In this document: piece by piece, positions 19,299 to 25,169 of the stretch
Position numbering within the stretch: position 1 is the first letter of the stretch
Layout of the letters: every line of letters begins with the position of its first letter
Assembly (NCBI GenBank): GCA_013416795.1
Contig: RQSC01000004.1
Span: 38,315 to 63,483, forward strand
Origin: Prasinococcaceae sp. CCMP 1430
Taxonomy: Eukaryota; Plantae; Prasinodermophyta
Reading direction: 5' to 3'
Length of the DNA stretch: 25,169 bases
Position numbers and translations under genes: made by a program
The notes under the pieces: generated by a model
Told to the model about the DNA's origin: nothing
Seen by the model: only the letters and a program-made list of their open reading frames with translations
Databases searched by the model: none

Positions 19299-20693
19299 CA
19301 AAACGCATGCGACCGGCGCGGGCGCGCGCAATCTTTCGGTGCGCCGGCGCGCGCCCGCCGCCGCCGATCTTTTGCCGTGGATTCCGTTTTGGATTCGCGT
19401 CATATTTTGTCACTTCTGGATATGGATTCCGGATATGAGAATGAGGTTTGATGTAGAAGAGGGCGGAGTGGATTCCGCGTTGGTTTTAGGCGGCGTGGGG
19501 CGCGCGCGGTACGGGGCGCCACACGGCGCGCGACGCGCTGCCGCCCGCGCGACCTACCCCCGCGCGGGACGCGCCTCGCTCCCGAACCCCCCACACACAC
19601 CCTCGCGCGCCATCCACTCGCGCGCGTCGCGATACCATGCGCGTGCACCGCTTCGAAGAATCCGCAGAATTCGACCGCGCGCAATTGAGGTCTTCCCACG
19701 TCACAACGCATTCCCGTTTTTCACTACAGCAAACTTCCGCGACGCGAAATTGTGGCGTGGAATTTGCGTAACAAATATTCATTCCGCAATACTCATTATG
19801 AATGTTATTAAATATATGCTTCGGGGCACTTTTCCAGGAAGTGGGCATCGGAAATGTTACCCAACCGCGGAAAACGACGGAGCGAGGCGCATTCACAAAA
19901 AGAAAGAGAAAAAAAAGACGTGCCAACCGCCGCCGCCTCCACGCGTCGCCACGGCGTCGGGCGATGGCGCGCGCGCCGGCGCAAACCCCAAAGAATTCAA
20001 AAACGGAGTTAGGGTTTGGACGGGGCGCGTCGCGTGCGTTTTGACGTCCATGCTCGCGCGCGCGCCCCCCCGCTCCTTTAAAAAAAAACGTTTTTTCTGC
20101 GGGAGGGTTTCGGCGTCGCATCGCATTGGCGCGCGGCCGCGTTTCGGTGCGCCGTTTCCGCTCGAACATTCACGCGCGGTTTGGCGGAGAGCGCAGGCGC
20201 GAAGCGGCGCGCGCGTTCCGAATGGTCCTTCCGCAGGATTCATTTGTTCGCTCTTGAAAGGAGGTATGCGAGGCAAATTTACGGGGGATTCGCACCCTAA
20301 AGTGTGCCCTTCCGCGGGAAAAGACGGCGGGAGCGCATTTGGGGAAATTCGCGGACCCTGTCGCGAGGGCGCTCCGAGGCTCGAAAAACTCCCGCGCGTG
20401 CGCGCGCGCGCGCGCGCGCGGACGCTCAAAAAAAAAAAAAAAAGGAATTGGTAGCGAAAAACGCGGCGAACGAACGCGCGCGCGCGCACCCCCGCTGGCG
20501 GGGTCCCCGCGCGCGCGCTCGGCACATCAATGCGCTTCAGGACAGGTTCGGCGTCAACTGAGGGCGCCCGTGCTCGCACACTGTCGATTGCGGCGCCGCA
20601 CCGATGCTGTATCTAGTGCTTGCGAAATTACAACAATCCGCGCCAGCTCCAGAGCTTGCTCACTCTCTCTCTAGGACTAGTCACTAGCTATAA

Positions 20694-20962
20694 CTAGGAC
20701 TCAAAGTCGTTATCGCCCTCCTGATAAGATCCTTCTCCTTCCTCCTCGTCGACTGGGACGGCTTCGTCCCGCATTTCGAGCTCATTTGCTCCAGTGTCCT
20801 CCCGAATTTGCTCCCTTGTAGCTGCTACCCACGCTCGCAGCAATGCGTGGCTTCCGCGGCTGACCACGGGGCGCAGCGGGCCAAAGCGCGAGCCCCCGCG
20901 CGCGGTCGCGCTGCCCACGGCAGTCTCTGCGTCGCTCTCATCGCTGCTGAGAGCTAGCGCGG
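20694..20962 (-). CDS. 3' fragment of an unidentified protein gene
   Basis: Open frame from the N at 20963 reads ALALSSDESDAE...SHALLRAWVAATREQIRE...EEEGEGSYQEGDNDFES*. Minus-strand TGTAA at 20632-20628 lies downstream of the stop. Confidence 0.55.
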
Positions 20963-21208
20963 NAGCGCGGAGGGGTGGTGGCTGGACCTCACGTCGATGC
21001 CGCCTCGGCCGCGCTTTCCCCTCCCACCACCGCCCCCCCCCCGGCACCGCTCCTCCCCCAATGCGGTGCAGGGAGGGTTTCGGCCCCCGCTGCGATGCGC
21101 GCTCGCGCTCGCGCCGGCGCTCCTGCCCGTCGGTCCCGCTCGCGCGCTGACGCGAGATCGCCCGCCGATCCCCCGCATCTGCCCGCGCTCGCGCGCGCAC
21201 CCACGCAG

Positions 21209-22402
21209 GGCCTCCCCGGCGCCCGCTACTACGGCGGCAACGAGTACATCGACCAGTCGGAGCGCCTGTGCCAGAAGCGCGCGCTCGAGGCCTTCCACCT
21301 GGACGACGCCGAGTGGGGCGTGAACGTGCAGGCGCTCTCGGGCTCGCCCGCCAACTTCGCCGTGTACACCGCGCTGCTCAACCCGCACGACCGCATCATG
21401 GGCCTCGACCTGGCGCACGGCGGCCACCTCACGCACGGCTTCTACACGCCCTCGCGCAAGGTGAGCGCCACCAGCGTGTACTTCGAGTCGCTGCCGTACC
21501 GCCTCGACGAGGCGACGGGCTACATCGACTACGATCAGCTGGAGCGCGACGCGATGCTGTTCCGCCCCAAGCTCATCATCGCCGGCGCGTCGGCGTACGC
21601 GCGCAACATCGACTACGCGCGCTTCCGCGAGATCGCCGACAAGGTGGGCGCCTACCTGCTGGCCGACATGGCGCATGTGTCGGGGCTCGTGTCGGCGGGC
21701 CTGGTGAACGACCCCTTCGAGCACTGCGACGTCGTCACCACCACCACGCACAAGTCGCTGCGCGGCCCGCGCGGCGGCATGATCTTCTACCGCACCAACG
21801 ACGAGAAGCACGGTGACCTCGGCAAGGCCATCAACATGGCCGTCTTCCCGGGCCTGCAGGGCGGCCCGCACAACCACACCATCGGCGGGCTGGCCGTGGC
21901 GCTCAAGGCGGCGCAGACGCCCGAGTTCGTGGCGTACCAGAAGCAGGTGGTGGCGAACTGCGCGGCGATGGCCGCCAAGCTGCAGGAGGAGGGCATCGAG
22001 CTGGTGAGCGGCGGCACCGACAACCACCTGGTGCTCGCCGACCTGCGCCCGCTGGGCGTCGACGGCGCGCGCGCCGAGTTCATCCTCGATCTCGCGTCCA
22101 TCACGCTGAACAAGAACTCGGTGCCGGGCGACAAGAGCGCCATCGTGCCGGGCGGCATCCGCATCGGCACGCCGGCGCTCACCACCCGCGGCATGGACGA
22201 GGCCGACTTCGAGAAGGTCGCCGAGTTCATCGCGCGCGGCGTGCGCATCGCCGTGGACGCCAAGGCCAAGGCTGGCGAGGGCGTCAAGCTCAAGGCGTTC
22301 AAGCAGTTCGTGCTCGACGCGGGCATGCCCGAGATCGCGCAGCTCAAGGAGGAGGTGGAGGCCTGGGCCGTCACCTTCCCCATGCCGGGCGTGTCGGCCT
22401 GA
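21209..22402 (+). CDS. SHMT: Serine hydroxymethyltransferase, plastid (SHM3-like) clade; last exon only
   Basis: [39 protein letters not shown]-lysine motif [34 protein letters not shown] and [15 protein letters not shown]. Preceded by an intron tail with CTGAC at 21147 and CAG at 21206-21208. TGTAA at 22417-22421. Confidence 0.95.
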   Translation, partial: GLPGARYYGGNEYIDQSERLCQKRALEAFHLDDAEWGVNVQALSGSPANFAVYTALLNPHDRIMGLDLAHGGHLTHGFYTPSRKVSATSVYFESLPYRLDEATGYIDYDQLERDAMLFRPKLIIAGASAYARNIDYARFREIADKVGAYLLADMAHVSGLVSAGLVNDPFEHCDVVTTTTHKSLRGPRGGMIFYRTNDEKHGDLGKAINMAVFPGLQGGPHNHTIGGLAVALKAAQTPEFVAYQKQVVANCAAMAAKLQEEGIELVSGGTDNHLVLADLRPLGVDGARAEFILDLASITLNKNSVPGDKSAIVPGGIRIGTPALTTRGMDEADFEKVAEFIARGVRIAVDAKAKAGEGVKLKAFKQFVLDAGMPEIAQLKEEVEAWAVTFPMPGVSA

Positions 22403-22577
22403 GTGTGTACCCCGTGTGTAAAAAAAATATGTTACCTTGCCCCGCGGGCGTTGGCGCGCGCCCGTGCGCTGTCGATGGGACTTGCGACGCGTGCGCGTGT
22501 CCGTGGGTGCAGGCGGTGGGTGGGGGAACCAACTGCACCCCTCCACCACAGCCGCTCGCGCCTCGACCACCGACCCT

Positions 22578-25076
22578 CTAGGCCTCAAATGGCTTGCCGT
22601 CCGCGCCGAGCACCGTCCAGCCATCCTGGCCATTCGCAACTGGCACCGCGGCGGCGTTGCCAACGATGGCGACGCTCGCCTCGCGCCCCACGAGGTACTT
22701 CTCGGCGGCCGCGCGCAGCGTGTCCTTGGTGCACGCGAACAGGCCGTCGCGGAAGCGCTGGCGCGACTCGTCGTCGAGGCCCGACAGGAACAGCGCGGTG
22801 CCGCGGTTCTGCGGCGCCAGCGGCGAGTCGAGCGCTTTGAAGGCGCGAAGCGTCGCCTCGTTCATGTCCGAGTCCGAGATGCTCCCGCTCGTGGCGGCCC
22901 ACTCGCCCGAAGCCTTGAAGACGTCGAGGGTGGCGAGCTGGTTGGGGTCGCGGTACGAGGTGAACGAGAAGTTGCCGCTGAGCGGCGACGCGGAGCACCC
23001 TCCGCCGTAGGCCCCGCCCTTCTCGCGGATCTCCCTGTGCAGGTAGCACGTGCTGAGCGCCTGCGCGAGCATGTACAGGGCGGGCGCGTCCTCGTGCACG
23101 TACGGCACCGTGGGCAGCGTGGCCGCGGCGTAGTTGGTCTGGGTCGGCACCGCGAGGAACGTGCGCGCCGACCCCGCCTCGAACGCCGCCATGGCGCTCG
23201 CGACGGTGGGTTCGTCGCCGGCGGCGGCGGCCGACCCGCCCGCGGAGACACCGTTCAGGAACGCCTCCAGGCCCTCGCGGGCGGCGTCAACGGCGCCCTC
23301 CTCCGCAGAGATGCGGCTGCGCAGCACCTTGGCGCCGCCGCCGAACACGAAGGCCGCGATCTCGGCGAGCTTCTGCGCCGTCTCGTCGATCGCGTCCTCG
23401 CGCACGATGCGCTGCAGCTCCACCACCGACTCCAGCCCGTCCATGCGGTCCTCGAGCGCAGCACCGGGCGAATGCGGCGCCTTGGTGATGAGCTGGGCGT
23501 AGGACAGCCCCTGCTGGGAGAGGCTCGCGCCCGCGGCCGCCGCCAGCCTCGTGGTGAGCGTGCGCATGCGCGCCTCCTCGCCGGTCCAGCGCGCGCCGGT
23601 CGCCACGTCGCTCATGAGCTCGAACATGCGCCCGACGTTGCGGTCGAGGGCGTGCGACGAGATCGACAGCGCCACCTCGCTCTTCATGGGGTCCTTCACG
23701 TCCGCCGTCACCATCACGTCCGCGCTGATGCCGCCCGTGGAGCCCTTGATCGCCTCCGAGAGCTCGCCGGGGCCCATGGTGGCCGTGCCGAGCTCGTCGA
23801 GCCATCCCGCGAAGAGGTCCACGTACGGCACCAGCCGCTCGGGCAGCTCGCTCAGGTCGAAGATCGCGTGGACGAACGTGAGGCCGTTGGTGGGCTGCAC
23901 GTCGATCTGCAGGGGCGCGCCCGCGCACTCCGCGTGCTGCGACGGGTACGTCTGGGCGAGGCGCGGGATGGTGGAGGCGTCCAGCGTGGGCAGGCAGTTG
24001 ACGTCCGAGGGCGCCTCCTGCGCGGCCTTGAGCGCCTTGGCCTCGGCGACGATCGTCGTCTTCTCCTCGTCCGTCAGCGCGGCCTCGATGGCGGCCACGC
24101 GCTCGGCCTCGGCGGCCTCAAGCTTGGCGTCGTAGTCCTCGTCGGCGTGCGCCACGACGGTGACGCGGTGCGGGTTGTCGAGGAAGTGCTTGCGGATGAG
24201 CTTTGACCAGTACGCGGGGTCCGCGTCGAGCGCGGCCTCCAGGCGCGCCGCGTACTCGGAGACGCGCAGCGGGCGCAGCGCGTCGCCGCCGTGCACCCAC
24301 GTCGACATCACGCCGAACGCCGCGCCCAGGCCGAACTGCGGCGTCACGCGCGCCGTGCTGAGCTCCAGCTGGTGCAGCGTGGCGTCCACGCGCTCGCGCG
24401 GCAGGCCCTCCTCGGCGACCTTCTCCAGCGTCTCCATCACGATCTCCTCGACCTTGCCCACGTCCGCCGTGGCGACGCCCTTGAGGCCCACCGAGAAGGA
24501 CGTCTCGCGGCGCGTGCCGCCGTACCCCGTGCCCGGGGAGAAGCCCGAGCCCAGGCCGGCCTCGAGCAGCGGCGCGTAGAACGCCGCCTGCGGCCCGCTG
24601 AGCAGCAGGTCGCTCGCCACGCCCAGCGCGAACGACTCCAGGCCGTCGGCCTCGGCGATCTGGTTGATCTGCAGCCAGGACACCCCCACCACCGACTGCT
24701 TGTCCTTGTCGGCGACGAGCGCGTCCGCCGGCACGGACACCTCGACGCGCTTCGGCTCCGTGTAGCGCACCTCGTCGGTGACGTCGAGCCCCGACACGTC
24801 GAGCCTGTCGAACTTGGACAGCGCGAGCTCGTCGGCCTTGAGCAGGGTGGCCTCGAGCGGCATGTTGCCGTACGTGAAGAAGCGGCCGTTGGAGGGGTGG
24901 TAGTGCGTGCGGTGGAAGGCGACCAGATCGTCGTGCGTGAGCTCGGGGATGTTCACCGGGTCGCCCCCCGAGTTGTGGTGGTACGTCGACTCGGGGAAGA
25001 GGTTGGCGCCCAGCGCGCGGCCGAAGCGCGCCGCCTGCGAGCCCATGGCGCCCTTCATCTCGTTGAAGACCACGCC
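22578..25076 (-). CDS. Presequence protease (M16C, PITRM1/Cym1-type); last exon, upstream exons outside the window
   Basis: GVVFNEMKGAM, YHHNSGGDPVNIPELT, FHRTHYHPSNGRFFTYG, QPTNGLTF and LHREIREKGGAYGGG...SYRDP. Intron tail with CTGAC at 25105-25101 and first downstream AG (AAG) at 25078-25077. Confidence 0.92.
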   Translation of the reverse strand, partial: GVVFNEMKGAMGSQAARFGRALGANLFPESTYHHNSGGDPVNIPELTHDDLVAFHRTHYHPSNGRFFTYGNMPLEATLLKADELALSKFDRLDVSGLDVTDEVRYTEPKRVEVSVPADALVADKDKQSVVGVSWLQINQIAEADGLESFALGVASDLLLSGPQAAFYAPLLEAGLGSGFSPGTGYGGTRRETSFSVGLKGVATADVGKVEEIVMETLEKVAEEGLPRERVDATLHQLELSTARVTPQFGLGAAFGVMSTWVHGGDALRPLRVSEYAARLEAALDADPAYWSKLIRKHFLDNPHRVTVVAHADEDYDAKLEAAEAERVAAIEAALTDEEKTTIVAEAKALKAAQEAPSDVNCLPTLDASTIPRLAQTYPSQHAECAGAPLQIDVQPTNGLTFVHAIFDLSELPERLVPYVDLFAGWLDELGTATMGPGELSEAIKGSTGGISADVMVTADVKDPMKSEVALSISSHALDRNVGRMFELMSDVATGARWTGEEARMRTLTTRLAAAAGASLSQQGLSYAQLITKAPHSPGAALEDRMDGLESVVELQRIVREDAIDETAQKLAEIAAFVFGGGAKVLRSRISAEEGAVDAAREGLEAFLNGVSAGGSAAAAGDEPTVASAMAAFEAGSARTFLAVPTQTNYAAATLPTVPYVHEDAPALYMLAQALSTCYLHREIREKGGAYGGGCSASPLSGNFSFTSYRDPNQLATLDVFKASGEWAATSGSISDSDMNEATLRAFKALDSPLAPQNRGTALFLSGLDDESRQRFRDGLFACTKDTLRAAAEKYLVGREASVAIVGNAAAVPVANGQDGWTVLGADGKPFEA

Positions 25077-25121
25077 CTTCGTGCGCGCGTGCCGGCGCGC
25101 GTCAGCGACGCGAGTGCGCAC

Positions 25122-25153
25122 GCAGGCGCGCAGGCGCGCAGGCGCGCAGGCGC
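25122..25153. repeat. Intronic 8-bp tandem repeat (GCAGGCGC)x4
   Basis: Direct reading of the sequence. Confidence 0.8.
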
Positions 25154-25169
25154 CGCACGTCGCGCGCGC

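Noticed and set aside
19823-19850. Resemblance to the plasmid bla-promoter flank (GGCACTTTTC...)
   Set aside because: Only a short match that does not extend; chance similarity.
19207-20579. ORFs 19207-20454, 19486-20169 and 19893-20579
   Set aside because: They cross homopolymer tracts, lack the GC3 codon bias of the real genes and have no motifs.
284-25169. Functional gene cluster or operon-like system
   Set aside because: The genes have unrelated functions and mixed orientations, and adjacency is uncertain across the gaps.

Overview
Very GC/CpG-rich, gene-dense eukaryotic nuclear DNA with short spliceosomal introns (GTG[C/A]G donors, a CTGAC branch site in every intron) and TGTAA-type poly(A) signals. 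A nucleus-encoded plastid uL4, a plastid-clade SHMT and a HEN2-type helicase point to an early-diverging (prasinophyte-grade) green alga; this assignment is inference. Genes in order: P2X-family channel with a C-terminal EF-hand (+, 1 intron); soluble inorganic pyrophosphatase (+, 3 introns); diaphanous-like GBD/FH3-FH1-FH2 formin with a possible degenerate ACB-like N-terminus (-, 1 intron); a hidden D-glutamate cyclase/UPF0317 fragment (-) abutting an NVL/CDC48C AAA ATPase (+); plastid uL4 (-, long intron); a 56-bp two-subtype tandem array; HEN2/MTR4 helicase (+, no visible AUG); CRAL-TRIO/BCH-like protein (-); small WW-domain membrane protein (-); 3' end of an unknown gene (-); SHMT (+, 5' missing); and PITRM1/Cym1-type presequence protease (-, runs off the window). 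The assembly is imperfect (leading poly-G, a 176-N gap, three single-N junctions joining apparently unrelated sequence), so several 5' ends are unresolved. No multi-gene novel system is demonstrable. The best leads are the formin architecture, the P2X-EF-hand fusion, a structured intergenic segment carrying a telomere-template-like motif, the 56-bp array and a recurrent promoter motif. Family calls come from recalled motifs, not database searches.
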